DNA of 64,000 nucleotides. Origin: Camelus dromedarius. Lineage: Eukaryota. The notes under the pieces were generated by a model that had not been told where the DNA came from, made no database searches, and saw nothing but the letters and a program-made list of their open reading frames with translations. The stretch is taken from NCBI RefSeq assembly GCF_036321535.1, contig NC_087472.1:102426001-102490000 (forward strand), given 5' to 3'. The position numbers and the translations under genes were made by a program. Each line of letters starts with the position of its first letter. The stretch's first letter is position 1. Shown here piece by piece: positions 1-14,399 of the stretch.

Positions 1-371
1 CAAGAAGTACAAATGTTTAGAAAACCACAATTGAAGAATATATTATATTTTTGACCTCACGGAAAACAGAACTCTAAAATTTTACTTATGTTTCTGTGGC
101 AAAGATGTCTGCATCGACTACAAGAACATCTCTAGTTAGACTATTTATACTAAAGAAATGTTACATAAAACATCTCTTTTTGATTATTAGAATAACCATC
201 CTATGTACTTTTTTTTAAGTAGAAGAGGCAAGTTTTAGCTTGAAAAAAAGACTAATTTTGAATTTCATAAAGTTATATTCTTTTGTGCCTTCTGATTCAG
301 CAAGCATCGACATCTAGAATTTAATGTCAGTTACAGAATGTTAAGGATTATTCTTTTATTTCAGGAGATGG
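1..371 (-). other. SYAP1: SYAP1 3' UTR (probably continues beyond the window start)
   Basis: AT-rich sequence directly after the stop codon; its end is not determined. Confidence 0.8.
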
Positions 372-499
372 CTAATTTTCCTCCTGCAGCATTTTCTCTA
401 TTTCCTTATCCCAGTTTTCATCTCGTTTCTCTGATTCTGTCACCACTTCATATTCCTGAAGTTCCTGTTGTAGTTCTTTTTCCCAATCTGCAGAATCCT
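372..499 (-). CDS. SYAP1: SYAP1 last exon, coding part ([20 protein letters not shown]...MLQEEN*)
   Basis: Acceptor cag|AG; TAG stop at 374-372; 128 nt. Confidence 0.96.
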
Positions 500-859
500 C
501 TGAAAGAAACAAATGAGAGAAAAAAAAAAAAACTGAATTCCTAACACCGGTCCCAACAATGCAGTCCACTATAATTACCTGTGTAAGTCCTAACCACGGA
601 AATATTTACCGTCTCAGGCTTCAGCACTGAGGGTGCTCAGAAAAACTGAACAAATCTGAACAGTGGCCAAAGAGAAATAAGATTAGAACAATAAATTTAT
701 TTAATACAGAAGCAAAAGTATCAGAAGTCGTCAGTAAATTTGGGGTATTATTTTTCTTTACCTAGGCCTCTGATTTTCCTGCTATTTAAATGGATAATTG
801 ATAATTAATATTTGGTCACAAATTAATTTTTACCATGACCAATGATGACAATGGTAGCA

Positions 860-1070
860 AAAACAGCTAACGTTTCTAGTGCACTCACTCAGCCAGGCCT
901 AGGGCTACCCACTCTCTCTATATCACTCTTTTCATCCTTAGAACAATCCATGGACTAGATACACAATTATACACATTTGACAGATGGGGAAATGGAGGCT
1001 TAGAGGTTAAGTGACTTGCCCAAGGTCACACAGCTTGCCAGTGACAGACATATGGATGGAACCACAGTCT
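860..1070. mobile_element. MIR SINE
   Basis: CATTTGACAGATGGGAAATGGAGGCTTAGAGGTTAAGTGACTTGCCCAAGGTCACACAGC, the MIR core. Other MIRs near 23700, 26580, 35700 and 47040-47470. Confidence 0.75.
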
Positions 1071-2623
1071 GTGCTTAATTATCTCCCATGAGTGGCAACA
1101 GACACAAGGACCTGAAGTCAGGTGGTCTCTCACCAAAGCCCGGCCCCTCCTGGGAGGCTCCACCTGAGCTCTCACACTGGGGAGAGTCAGAGCTGCATCC
1201 TTCTCCTTGGGTGCTCAATATACACGCAAGGCATACATACAGAATAAGGGATCTGCTATGCAGCGTTACAAAACAGCCAGAAAACAAAGCAGCTATTTAA
1301 AAAGTAAAAGCTAAAATTCATTTCCAACTCTTAAAAATTAACCCTTAAACTTAGCTATAAGGAAAACAGAAACCAAATGTTTAAAATTTTTACAGCAGTG
1401 ACCTAAAGGGAAAAGGCACTGTGTGTTGGGTAGCAAACCACTGATTTCACAAATATTAGGTGCTTATTGGGTGCTAAGCTCCATGTTAGGTGCTATGGGG
1501 GATAAAAAGACAAGGTGTGACTGCTCTTGAGGAACTTACAGTTTAGCTGGAGGGCCAAGACACCTTACATGTAGAAGAATACTAAGTGGTCCAAGTTCTA
1601 ATGAGGGTAGGAATTCAGAGAAAGAATAGCTTGCCGGGAACAGCCAGCCAATACCATGTGAATCCTGACCCAGTGCTCCTTCCAGTCTCGGTGGGGTCTC
1701 TGCTGAGGGTCAGCAGCAGCAGAAAAGGAACCAGGGCACAGTCTGCTCTAGCCCTTGCCTGCTACACCCGGGGCTGAGGCCTGCCTTCTTCCAAGGTGGC
1801 CAGCAGCCATCTTCTCAGAAAACAGATGGGGGTGGGGGTGGGTGGGAGGGGTCTGAGGGTAGGGAGCCCAGATTTTCACTTCCCCACTCGCTTCTCTCCT
1901 CTGCCCCCTCTGGCTCCTCCCTCCTTGCCAGTTCTTTCCCCCAGAGGGCCCCCGCAGGGTGCAGTGTGCAAATGGGCTTCCGGTTCACCTAGGGGAGGCT
2001 AGTTTCTCACCAGTGCTCTCTGCATGACTGTGGGAAGAGCCAGCTTCCTGAACTGTAAGTCTCAGAAGACTTCGTGAATGATGATTAACCCAAGCCTTTG
2101 CTTGTCATCCAGGAGAAGGCCAGTAATTTGTCCTGATGTGCCAAAGAAAGCAGCCCCATGGCTGGTACTTTTTTTCTAAACTACCTTAGTTTTTAAATCA
2201 ATTTTATTTTTAAAGGCAGTCAGCTCCTTCTGAGAAGCCATGCTCTTGGGGCACACAGCAGCTGGGGAGAGGGTTTTCTACATACAGTATAAACCCCAGC
2301 AGGAGGCTGGAGGGCAGCATCTCCATGAGAAGGGATGAGCTGGCTTTCCTGACAGCTCCTGGCCACGTGTGTTGGGGCTGAGAAGCTTCGGAAGAATCAC
2401 TTAACCCCTCTGGGTCTCAGTTTCTCCTCTATGTTTCTGGGCTTAGGGCAGAGGGCCTTGAGATCTGGTCATGTCTGCTAGAATCCACCTTCTGTTGGGG
2501 AACAGAGAAGCCGCTCTGGTGCAGAAGTTACAACACAGGTTTGTCTATCTGCTTCAGAATAACAGTCTTCTACAGTCAGCTTTGGCACTGAGGACAAGGA
2601 CAGTGGTTCTGGTTGTTTTGTAC

Positions 2624-2771
2624 CTTCAAGTGCGACTGTCTCCTCCTCCTTTTTGTCCAGCACCAGCTGCTCCATCTCCTTCCTCAGATCCTCCTGATTT
2701 AAGTTACAGGCATCAAAGGCATCACTGACAAACTCAGAAACACCTGGGCTGGTAGAAATCTCCTCTTCATC
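2624..2771 (-). CDS. SYAP1: SYAP1 exon 8 ([49 protein letters not shown])
   Basis: Acceptor cag|GAT, donor G|GTACA; 148 nt. Confidence 0.95.
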
Positions 2772-3216
2772 CTGAAATGCAACAAATGAGCTCTGGAAAT
2801 GGTTTTCTAAGTGACATGCACAGAGCTCTTGTTTATGGTCCTCTCACAATTGAACGCAGCATCATTTTCATTCCCTTCCTCTGCTAGTCGAGTGGTCACT
2901 GCTCACCACCTTCTAACCTGCACAGTGACTCAGTAACTAGACGCATTACCAGCTCCATCTATATGCTCACTCATGGTTTGGATCACTGCAATCATTCTGT
3001 CCAATCCCTGATGTGCACATCTAGAATTATTCATGCCAGGAAATCGCCTCACGTCTCAGCTATAAGTCCTTAGTTCTTCAAGGACCAGACCCTTCTTCTT
3101 TAGAACAGATAAGACCCACATTTGTAAGTAGTTTTGAAATGGTATCTGAGATACTTAACATAGAGTGACTTCATTTCCAGACATCAACTACTAGGTATAA
3201 TGTAAAGCTGTATTAC

Positions 3217-3275
3217 CTCTTGAGTTTTAAGTTGAGATTTGATTACGACAGGTGGCGTTTTGGGCCGTACTGCCT
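3217..3275 (-). CDS. SYAP1: SYAP1 exon 7 (EAVRPKTPPVVIKSQLKTQE)
   Basis: Acceptor tag|AG, donor GAG|GTAATA; 59 nt; not in the ORF track, read manually. Confidence 0.94.
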
Positions 3276-4656
3276 CTAAGAAGTGAGAATAAAAGAGACA
3301 ATAATTGCTTGATTCAATCCTGAATACATATTATAATAACAACCAAATTATCCACAAGTATGATGATACTAAATAATTTTCAGAAAAGAGCCTTTAATGT
3401 TACGCTTTCTGTTTTTCTCAAGTTATTATGAGAAACCATCTCAACCTCTTTCCTTTGGGGATATTTTTAATATATCATCATATTCAATGCCCCTTATATA
3501 AGATTTCCAGCAGGAAATAAATTTTGATTTCAGTGTTAGCAAAATTCATTGAAGAATAGTTCTGCTCTTTCTTTTAGGATGAGAATGAAGTTATTTATCA
3601 AGTTTTCCCTTCTTCACGTATGCTGGAGAGCACAAAGTAAAATGTAAGGCCCAGTCACAGCAGCTACTCTTTGTCACAGGCCGCATTTTCTATCTTCTCA
3701 ACCTTACAACATGTACAGTCTTTACTGAACCCCGTCTTAAGGTCACTTAGTTATACAGGCAGTATTTGGAAAATGGCATTTTCCAATATATTAATAAAGA
3801 GGAAATACTAAAGGATGAGAGACAACTGGGATTCATATCAACATCTATCCGCCAAATGCCCAACGCTGCTGTATGGGGCAGCTTCGTGACACCTCCCTGA
3901 CCCCAGTGCAGTGTCAGGTGCTCTTTGAGTGTCTGCACAACTCGCGCCTAAGGACACACTGTTTTGTGTCATCATTTAAAATTCCACGAATGAGTAAGTC
4001 TCCAGTTATAATAACTGGTACCTACACACAGTATGTGTTTGTTAAATGTTAAAAATGTGACACAAAATACATATTTTATTTTAATTACTACAGATATTAA
4101 ATCATTGCTGATATTATCAACCACTTTCCCCAATGACTGGGGGTAAAACTGTCACGATAAGGATGAGTCAAATGTGTAACTGAATGGCGCCTGGCTCCAG
4201 GCTGGATATTTATAACTTGGAGTGGAATGGAGCTTAGCTCTGCGCTACAGACGATCAGCCTGGAGAAATGATCAGGCTGAATGGAAGATCAAGAAACAAA
4301 GATAAGTGGTGAACTGAGTTGGAGGAGGACAGAAGGTATAAAAAGTCACATGGCAAAGGACAAGGAAAGAGATGGGAAGATGACTGGTGAGGGAGGGAAA
4401 AATATAAAGGAAGAAATAAAAAAGCCAAAGAATGAGGGAAAGCTAGCAAAGTAAAAGCTTGGGGAAGACATGTGAGCAGGGTCAGAGAAAGGGCAACAAG
4501 AGAACAACGAGTATTTTCTCTGGAAAGAACTTTCCCTAAGGTGACAATGACACTTCTAGTACATACAAGATGACAAACTCGTGAAAGTCTCAAAGTTAAG
4601 AATGTGTTACAAGTAATTCTCATTTTCCGCGCAGGCGCACCTGCGCCGGGAGGTAC

Positions 4657-4805
4657 CTGTCAGCGGCAGCTCGGCGTCCCTGCCGAGGCTCTTCTCCTCC
4701 TTCCCCGCGGCCTGCTGCTGCGCCGCCAGGGCCGTGAGCTGGGCCGACTGCTTAATCAGGGACACGCGGTAGAAGTAGTTCCTCCAAAACACTTCTTCCT
4801 TCACA
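4657..4805 (-). CDS. SYAP1: SYAP1 exon 6 ([23 protein letters not shown]...LPLT)
   Basis: BSD-domain FW motif in ORF 4607..4855; acceptor aag|T, donor G|GTACC; 149 nt. Confidence 0.96.
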
Positions 4806-5819
4806 CTTTCAAAGACAGACAACAACACATTTGAGAATGCATGCGGAAAATGCATGCCAGGGTTATTTGCTGCAGTGGAGACTGGAATAGATGATTGTTA
4901 GGGACATTTTCCAATCTGAATGAGGCTCAAAGGAAATTCCTGTTTGCTTTTGAATTGAAAGCTGAATAACAGGATAAAAAGAACAGCTATCTTCTCCACA
5001 GCAGCAAAAGACAGCTTACAGAACACCAGTGAAGCCTCAGCGTTTCCTGGTATTTTAAAGATACCAATGCTGCCATCAGCAGAGGAAAAGGGGAGACTGC
5101 TGCGAGAGCACGGAGAGCAGCCGGGGAGACTGGAAGCAGAGCCAGGGCTCCACCCATTATTTGCTGTTTACCCAAGGATGAAGTGCTTTCAAGCAGTGAG
5201 AAGGAAGGATTGTGGCTATTGTTCCTTATGAAAGGAAATGTTTGGCAGCTTGCAAATAACTAGCAATCATTAAGAGTTAGCGATGAGGTGGAAGATGGTT
5301 GATAAAAAGACTGAAGTGTAGTTCAACCTGAGAACTCTGAGTGATTCTCAAACTTGGCTGTGCACTAGAATCACCTGGGGTGCAGTGTTGGCACCCAAGA
5401 CAGGTAAGGTAAGTATCCACATAGGGGTGGCCTGGAATGGGGAATGAGAGCCTGCGCAGGGAGGAGGGTGTCTAAGCTGGGAAGGGGGTGGTGGCAAAAA
5501 AGGAAGATTGATCACTCACCAGGAGATTAAGTAAAAATATTAAGGATAGTGGAAACAAGGTTTCTCATCATCAGAAAAGGTAGTTACAGCCATGGAAAAG
5601 GAAAATTCCAGAATGAACCTTATTGTGAGGTATCACTGTGAACACATGGTTTTCATTCAACAGAGATGCAAACAAGTGCATGTGTGTGTATATGAGCACA
5701 CTAGCTCTGTCCACTGAGCGGGCCAAGGAGTAGTGACACCCCAGTAACAATGAACCTGCCTAATGCTTAGAACTTGGTTTCTAAACACTATTTTCTGTTA
5801 AAAGGAACCAGAGCTCCTT

Positions 5820-6695
5820 GGATAAATGGCCAATTCTAGGGTTACAGTAGTGAAAGAACAAGGTAAGCTTGGACTTTCAAGTGAAAATCAAAAACCAAAA
5901 AAAACCTACCCCGAAACCGAAACCGAAACTGAAATTAAAACCAAACAAACAAAAAACAAAACAAAACAAAAGGTAAGCTTGGACTATCTCATGGCAGGAA
6001 GGAAATGCTCCAAGAATGATGGGGATGAGTCAAAAGGACACAGAAACCAGCTTGAACAGGCTCCCACTGGCAAATAGGTGATGATTTGAGCATCAAAATA
6101 AATAATGATAGCAATGGATTATAATCACTGCATAAAACAGGACCATGAGTCCATACAAATATACATAAATTCATGAATATACGAAAAATTTGAGGAGGAA
6201 TGAGGTATTTACAGACTTTCAAAGTACCTCCCCAGAAAATAGTTATTAATTTCAAAGAGGAAAGGAGTAACTTTATAGTCGGGAAGGCTGGCAGACACCA
6301 CCTTCTTTATCAAGTGACCAAAATGTAGGCAGTAATGGGACAAAACAGCAGTACGTGCCACCTGACAGGATGCAACAGACTCAAGGAGACTGATGAGGCA
6401 CTAAAACCAAATGCAACATGCGAGTCTGAAGTGGATCCTTTGGCTAAAAAGGGTATTATTGGGACAAATGGTAAAACTTGAATAGGGTCTGACAATTAGA
6501 TGGTAATAACGCATAAGTACCATTTCCTGATTGGGATAGTTACATCCTGGTTATGTAGGAGAATCCTTGTTTGTAGGAAATACACACTAAAGAATTCAGG
6601 GTTAATTGGGTATCAGGTCTCAAATGATTCAGAAAAAAACTTCTTTATACTGTACTTCCACCTCCTCTACAAGTTTGTGGTTGTTTCAAAATAAT
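5820..6695 (+). mobile_element. Old L1M (L1MC/ME-like) 3' region
   Basis: Motifs GAAACCAGCTTGAACAGGCTCCCACTGGC, ATTATTGGGACAAATGG and GAAATACACACTAAAG resemble old L1 3' UTRs; approximate bounds. Confidence 0.55.
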
Positions 6696-9600
6696 GATAA
6701 AAGACACTGATGACTGTGCTCACCTGAGAGCAATTAAATAAAAATCTCCAGGATGTACAAAACACGAATCAACAAAAAAACCCCTCTCCACCTGTCCCCC
6801 AACAAAACACAAAAGAAGGACAGCCAAGGAATGGCTTGGGTGACCTGCAGAGTATGTGTGGGTTGGTTTGTTTTCTCCTGTCTCATTTTATGCTCTAAAA
6901 ATGTTTTGCTAGTAGAAATGACAAAAGGGTTGGAGAATGTCTCTCCACCTCCTGCTTTACTAGAAGGGATGCAAGTTCCTGGAATGCGGTGGGGTATATG
7001 GGGAGGGGAAAGCTGTGGAAGAAAACACGACAGAAGACTTTGAAGGAGTAAAAGAAAGCCAGTGAGAATTAATAGAAAATACTGAGACCCAGGTTTGTGA
7101 ATGAGGACAGGGCTTGCCTTAGATAGGACTTCAGAACATGTGGTTGTCACATCTGTGAATGGCGAAGCTGGGCCAGAACTGACAGAGACAAAATGCAAGA
7201 TTATCTACACAATTCAGGCCAGGTAACAAGATGATATGCAGCTAGATGCAGCCCATCTTTTCTTTCATTAATTCCACCAATATTTACCGACTGTCACATG
7301 CGTCTGGCTTCATGCTAGGTGCTGGGGGGATTCAGGGATGAATAAGACAAGCTGTTGGCCAAAACAGATGACCACAGAATAATGCCCTCTTACTTGTCAA
7401 GTTATTACTATGTGTCCAGCAGCATTTCCCATAATCACATGGCCTCATACCATTCTTTTTCTCATAACATCTCTTGGAAGTAGATCGGCAGGAGGGAGAC
7501 CTGGCTTAACAATGGTTCATAGAGGGTCATGGACAACTACAAGCATTGCTGTACAAACTGCAGTATGTTACAGCTGCTAGGAGAGCTAAGAAAATCTTAG
7601 GCTGCATTAAAAAGCACAAAAGACACACTATGGTATACTGTTCTGCAATTAGACAACACATATTCACTTTGGGGAACTCATTTTCACAGGTTAATCACCT
7701 GGATGGTGACGGGGTACAGAGACTAGGACACCTGGGGAACAAATGAAGGAACTAGGGCTGTTTACCCAGATACGTTCAAGGGTCTTAAACCAGAACACCA
7801 CAGTGATACAAAATTGAGACTAGCCTTCCCATGAGGGAGTGAGCTGCCTTAATATTTTCAAGGTCAGTTTTAATTTTGAGCTCTATAGAATGTCCAAAAT
7901 GAAACAGGTATACTATGTAAGGTGGGCCATAGGCAATGTTTGCTCTCTTAATAAAAACAAACATCTGGACTGTTTTATTTTCCAGAGTCTCTCCCTCTCA
8001 ATGTAAGAAGTGATCACAGAGACACACCACAGAGATACTCGGTTACCCTCTAGAGAGAGTCACAAAGCATATGACATACTAAAGGTTTTGACAAGTTCTA
8101 TGATAAAGAAATCCATCAACTTTAGCAACACCCAAACGTTTATCTGACCACTTATGCTCTCATGGACCATTTTAAAGTATTAGTATGCGGTGAACACCTT
8201 CTGGGAAACACTGGGCGTATGTCAAAGCTTGAGGCCGGAAAGACTTGTGGCTTCCCTACTGTCGTCAGAGGGAAGGCCTCAGAGGGTGCCTGTGACAGCA
8301 GCAGGGCCTTGTCTCGTGCCAGCTGTCACAGGGAAGTACTAACATGCTAAGAGGCATTTTGAAATATGGAGCAAGTGTTTATTTTGTTTGGTTTTCTAAA
8401 TTGTTCCTGGTTAACGATGCTGCTGTTCAGAAAAAGTGTCTCAAATGATCAAAGTAGCACTTCTGTATGTCAGGAAGGAAAAGTCCAGAAGTCTTCTATT
8501 TGTATGTGATGGCTCAATTTTGTTTTGTTTTAATATGGAAATTTCAACAAAATAAAAGTAGAGAGACTAGAACAATGAACCCCACGTACCCATGACCTAA
8601 CTTCAACACGTTTCAAAATCTATGTCCCTCTCCCCTGCATACGTGCTCTTCTCTGGATGGGGTTGGAATATTTTAAGGCAATGTCAGATAGCATGTCCTT
8701 TTATCCATAAATACTTCAGTAAGCATTTCTAACAGATAAAGACTTATAAACACTAACTCTAATTTCTAAATCATCCCTAACAGAATTAGCAGTAGGAAAC
8801 TGGAATTACATAACTCAACGGGTAGTTTACTTAGCCAGCAACAAATAAAAAATACTATTTGCCAAATATCAGTTCTCCAAAGCTTAAAAGAAATTGAAAA
8901 TTACTGTCAGCGGCAAGAGAGGAGTCAAGAATTGGCAATAACCGAAACTACAGGCCTGCCAGGAGCACCCCAGGCCTCCCGGCCCAGCGCCTCGGGGCCT
9001 CTGGGCGCCTGAGAGCCCAGCGGAAAGCCGGTGTGTGGCCTGGGGTGGTCTGAAACTGGCTCCCAGTTGTGGGAGCCTTCAGGCCCTTCGGGCGTAGGCA
9101 CACCTGACCCCAGAGCTTTGCTACTCTTCTCCCAGAGGCAGTTACTCCTGAAAGGTCTGACCTAAGAGCCCGAGATGAAAGATCTACAAACAGATATACA
9201 CACATGAATTGTTCCAAGGCCAACTCCCAGAGTTTTGTGAGCATAATAGTAAAAAATAGATCAGATGATAAAATCTTTTATATCCTTAATGAAATATAGC
9301 TACTTTACAGTCTAAGGATTAAATTTGTAATGAGATTTTAGCCATAAAACACATACTTTTCTTTTGGGAGGGTGGGGGAAAGCTGTAGAAATTCATCATC
9401 AGTATGTTAGTATAGAGAGAAGAGTTTCACCAACACGTGTGAAAAAAAAAAGATTCTATGTAATTGCTGTTTCAAGTCTGGAAGAACACTTTCAAAGTAT
9501 TCTCTCACAGATGGAAGATCTGTGCTGCTATGTGAACCAAGTCTAGCAAACATTTGTTAGAACCCCTGGAGGCCAGCTAAACATAGCAAAACAAACATGT

Positions 9601-10831
9601 GTTTTATGTGTGCTGCTTGTGAAATCACCACTAAAATAATAGGGTAAGAATTAAGTAGATAAAACCTACAGTGACAAGGAAAACTAGCAAGAAAAATACA
9701 GTGGAGGCTGAAAAGTTGATGGGCAGATAGTAAGCTATCTTGTACACCAGAGAGAGCTGCGCTGAGGTGCCTGACGGCGGGGCAGCCAACAAAAAGCAGG
9801 CCGGTTTATCAGGCAGAAGCACAGAAAGATGCTGGGACGGCAGGCCTCAGGCATCTTTGAAGGCTGGTGCAGAGGCCCTGAAGGAGCGCTGAGATGGCTC
9901 CTGCACTGCCCCTTCAGGCCAGGGACTGTGTTCGCCTGTGGCAGAGACTGACAGTTCACCAGAAGCCAAGGGCCATGCAACTCAGGGACAGCTGGCGCAG
10001 CGGAGGATGGGAGCGCCACGCTGCGCCGAAGCCACAGGGCTCAGACTCTCCCTGATGTGAGGCCTGCAGCCAGACAGGAAGCTGAGATGTCCTGCAGGGA
10101 AAGCCTCCCTGCCCACATGGCCTATGTGGGGCACAGAGCCCCAAGCACCCTTTCAGCTCGCGGTGCCTTCAGCCACAAAGGAATGGTAAGAAAAGCCTGC
10201 AACATGAACCACGGAGCCCAAAGCGAAGATTCAGAGAAAGAACACAGAGAAAACGGTGTCTCAAGAAAACTATACTTCGTGTCTTCTCAGGGAACAGTAA
10301 GAAACTGCATTCCTACAACCAGCACAGAGTGCCACACAACAGGAACACTCACAGAACACAAAAGACCATTGACTTTAAAAATGGGGCAGATTCAAAGTAA
10401 GGCACTGGAATTACAAACAGTGAGAAAGAAGTGGAGGGAAAGGAAAGGGGGTCACCGCTGATGGCAGTGTCACAGAAGACATTATGTGTGCAGTGGAGCT
10501 GAAAGGATAAGCAGGGATTTCGTGAGGAGAGAAGGGCCTTTGGGCAGAGAAAAGCCATGGGTGGCAAAGAGAACAAGACCGCCACTGCCAGGGAGCGGGG
10601 CCTGAGTGGAGAAAAGGCAGCGGCTGGGGCCTCGTGGGCCTTGTAGGCCTTAATTTTATTTAGAAGGACACAGGCACATTTGTTGTTTTTATAGGAAAAT
10701 CAGTTTTACCTTCTAACTGGGCATAAAAGAGCACATTTCATCTGCACACCAAAAATCCCAAAAAGCCCACCCTGAGTTTTAATTTGATGCCCCCTCCTCC
10801 GTGTGTGTGCTAGGGGGAGGGTACTGCTTAC

Positions 10832-10971
10832 AGTTTAGGAACAAGGGCAAATCTCATCCTGCTCAGCAGCTCGTCCTCCTGGAGCATGACCAAGGCGACG
10901 GGGTACATCTGATCAAAGTCAAAGTTAAACTGCACACCGGCTGGAGGGTCACGGAGGAAATTCCTCTTGTC
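10832..10971 (-). CDS. SYAP1: SYAP1 exon 5 ([12 protein letters not shown]...MRFALVPKL), start of BSD domain
   Basis: Within ORF 10828..11034; acceptor aag|GAC, donor CT|GTAAGC; 140 nt. Confidence 0.96.
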
Positions 10972-11534
10972 CTTTGATGAAAACAGGAAAAACATGGGGA
11001 AAACCATGGATGCAATTAATACATAACAGCGCATCAGTTAATTCTCCTGAAGGCTTCAGGTGCAAAGTCCACTGAGCTGTCATTAACCTGCCCACCTAAG
11101 AGAGAGCAGAGAACAACTGACCTTTTCATATATTTTTTAACAGTCTCAGTTGGAGAGGGCCTCATGGGAGGCCAAGGAATTCAATTGTGCAATCTGTTGA
11201 AATTATATCATTTGAAATCATATGAATACATTTGTTTCAGTATGTGAAAACTTTTAAATATGTGAAAATTAGTGTAAATAATCTTAGAAACACTCTACCC
11301 AAAGTTAGAGTTAGTTAACCATATCACAAAAGTGAAATACATGACCCAACTCATTTCTCAAGTATGCACAAACCACACTTTCACCCCACACCTCTTGACA
11401 GAACCCAGAGGCCCAGGCTCTCCCTGATAAATCTCTGCCAAGCTCCTCAGGTCAGTCCCTGCACTGAGGGAATGCGACAGTAACTGAAACACAGTGCAGC
11501 TTCTCCACAGATCATGGCCAGGCTGGGGAAAGGC

Positions 11535-12380
11535 TAGATGTAAGAGAATGAAATTAGAACATTCTCTAACACCATATACAACAATAAACTCAAAATGGAT
11601 TAAAGACCTAAATGTAAGACTGGAAACCATAAAAATCCTAGAAGAAAACATAGGCAGAACACTGACATAAATCGTAGCAACATTTTTTTGGCCTGTCTCC
11701 TAAGGCAAAGGAAACAAAAGCAAAAATAAACAAATAGGACCTAATTAAACTTAAAAGCTTTTGTGCAGCAAAGGAAGCTATCCACAAAATGAAGATAATC
11801 TACTAAATGGCAGAAAATATTTGCAAATGATATGACAAATAAGGGGTTAATATCCAAAATACACAAACAGCTCATACAAATCAATATGAAAAAAAAAAAC
11901 AACAAACAACCTGATTAAAAAATGGGCAGATGACCTGAACAGACATTTTCCCAAAGAAGACATACAGGTGGCCAATATGCACATGAAAAGATGCTCAACA
12001 TCACTATCAGAGAAATGCAAATCAAAACCACAATGAGATATCATCTCACACCTGTCAGAATGGCTATCATCAAGATGACCACAAATAACAAATGTTGATG
12101 AGGCTGTGGAAAAAATGGAACCCTTATAAACTGTTGGTGGGAATGTAAATTGGTGCGGCCACTGTGGAAAGTAGTATGGAAGTTTCTCAAAAAATAAAAA
12201 CAGAACTACCTTATGACCGAGCAATTTCACTCCTGGGTATGTATCCAAAGAAAATGAAAACATTAATTCAAAAAGATACATGGACTCCAATGTTCATAGC
12301 AAAATTGTTTTCAATAGCGAAGATATGGAAGCACCCTAAGGGTCCATCAACAGACGAATGGATAAAGAACCTGTGGTATA
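11535..12380 (+). mobile_element. LINE-1 fragment (3' end of ORF2, degenerate)
   Basis: Typical L1 ORF2 C-terminal sequence (...[15 protein letters not shown]..., [27 protein letters not shown]) with frameshifts. Confidence 0.9.
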
Positions 12381-14399
12381 CGCAAAGGCAAAGCTTCCTG
12401 GATTAGGCAAATTTTCTAGGGAATAAGGATGACTATGAACTCCTCTGGGGAGGAGCATGACTCACACTGATTAACATATAAAGGAGTGTCTCCAAACCAC
12501 CCCCTTTCCTACAGATAGAGCAAAATAACCAAGGTAAAAGGCTGTTGTTTTGTACCACTCAAACAACTGACTGTTGCTACTCTATTTCTTTTTTAAAATC
12601 TTTTTTGTTTGTACATATGATATATACTCATTTTTTGAAAATTCAAAGCAGCAAAGAAAAACACAGTCAAAAATCCCACCCTCCACAGACAACTCCAGGT
12701 AAATGTTTCCTCAGGCCGCGTCAGTGTCTGTTTGAATACAATTTGACGTAAACAGGAAGACCCTCACAGGCTACAGATCACCTGTTTTTCCTTTCCACTC
12801 AGGGTCCTGAACATCTTTCCATGCCTGATGTGGATATGCATACACTGAATAAGCCATGATTTACTTAGCCAGGCCCACTTAGGTAGTCTCTGAGATTGTT
12901 CCTAACAGAGAATTCTGCAAGCAACATCACTTTACAAATAGACAGCTTTTATTCCCTTCTAAAGTGATCTTTTTAGACTAAATTCCTGGAAGTAGGATTT
13001 CTAATCTAAAAGCACGATTATTTTGATACATATTGCTCGAACTGTCCTCCAGGAGACAGCAGCAGTTTATACTGCTACTAACAGCATCAGTTTCATTTCA
13101 CTGAGCCCATGTTGGATTTTAACAACATTTTTGGTTTTTGAGAATTCCTAAACTAATAAAGCAAGAACAACTCTGAGTCTAAATGGATTTTAGTTATTAT
13201 TTACCTTCCATTATAAAAATTTCAAAGCCTGAAGCTGCCCCAACCATGTCCCACCTGCATTTCTATGGCAGCCTCCAAACGGGCAGCTGTCTCCCATCCC
13301 ATTTCTCCCGCCCACAGCAACCCACTTTCTACACTGCCCCAAGAAAACCATGTATCTTACCTATGACTAAAATCCTTCAAGGACTCCTTGCTGCCTTTGA
13401 GATAAAACCTAACCTTATCAGAATGGTATGAAAAGGTCCTCATGCCTTGGCTCCCTGTCGACTTCCTCACTACAGTCAAGTTAATTAGTCATACATCGAT
13501 GCTTGCAATATCCCTACCTGAATACCGAACCCTGCCCCACATCCCCAAAACATCTATGTGCCCTCCTAAGACTCATCTCAGCTCCAGTGTCATCATTCCT
13601 GGGACGGCTTCCTTGGGATCATTCTTTTCTCTCTCCAAAATGAATGAAATGCTCCTTTCTGCTGCATGTCCTTAGCATCCTGTATTACAGTACTCATTAC
13701 AGGGAATAATACTGTATGTGCATTCACTGAGCAGCTCTCTAGCAAGCCTGCAGGTTCTTGCAGGATGTATCTCATTTATGTGAAGTCCTAGGAGAAGGCT
13801 GGGCCTAGAGTACTTACTAAATTCAGTTTGCTGAACTGAGTTCTCACAAGCACCTAAGGACAACTGTACTCTCCACTTCTTTTCATGTATTATGTGGCCC
13901 TACATAGCCCCCCCAATACAAGGAGCTTAAAGGGTTGCTCTGCTATACACTCTGAATTGTCCCCACCTAGTGCCTGGTAAATCAGAGAATGTTAAGTCAA
14001 CTCCGGCAGAGACTGTTAACCATCTCCAAGTATTCATTTCCTCTTTCCTATCTTTCAGGATCATAACTCTGAGTTCCAGCTGGGTATATGGCCACACACG
14101 CAGAGACCAGACTTCCCAGGTTCCCTGGCGTCCAGGGGTGGCTGTGTGTCCAAGGTGCCAAAGGGATGTGGGCCTGAGTGATAGGTGCAGTTTTTTGGGT
14201 CTCGTCCTTCAAATGGTCTGGCACGACCACCTCTTTCCCAATCACCACAGGCTGGAACAGTTATAGAAGACAATGTCCTAGAGGCTGGTACAGGCTAAGA
14301 GTAAGATAGGAAGGACTCAGGCCTGTAAGTGACTTCATGGGGCAAAGCATACCTACTGATACCTTTGGGTCACACTGACATCTTGTGAGCTCTCTTGTA

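Noticed and set aside
1826..1851. G-quadruplex-like GGGGGTGGGGGTGGGTGGGAGGGG
   Set aside because: A common intronic motif; it lies on the template strand of SYAP1, so it is absent from the RNA, and nothing else supports a function.
11358..12406. ORFs of 80-147 aa around 11.4-12.4 kb and 28.6-29.4 kb
   Set aside because: Sense and antisense translations of degenerate L1 ORF2, not genes.
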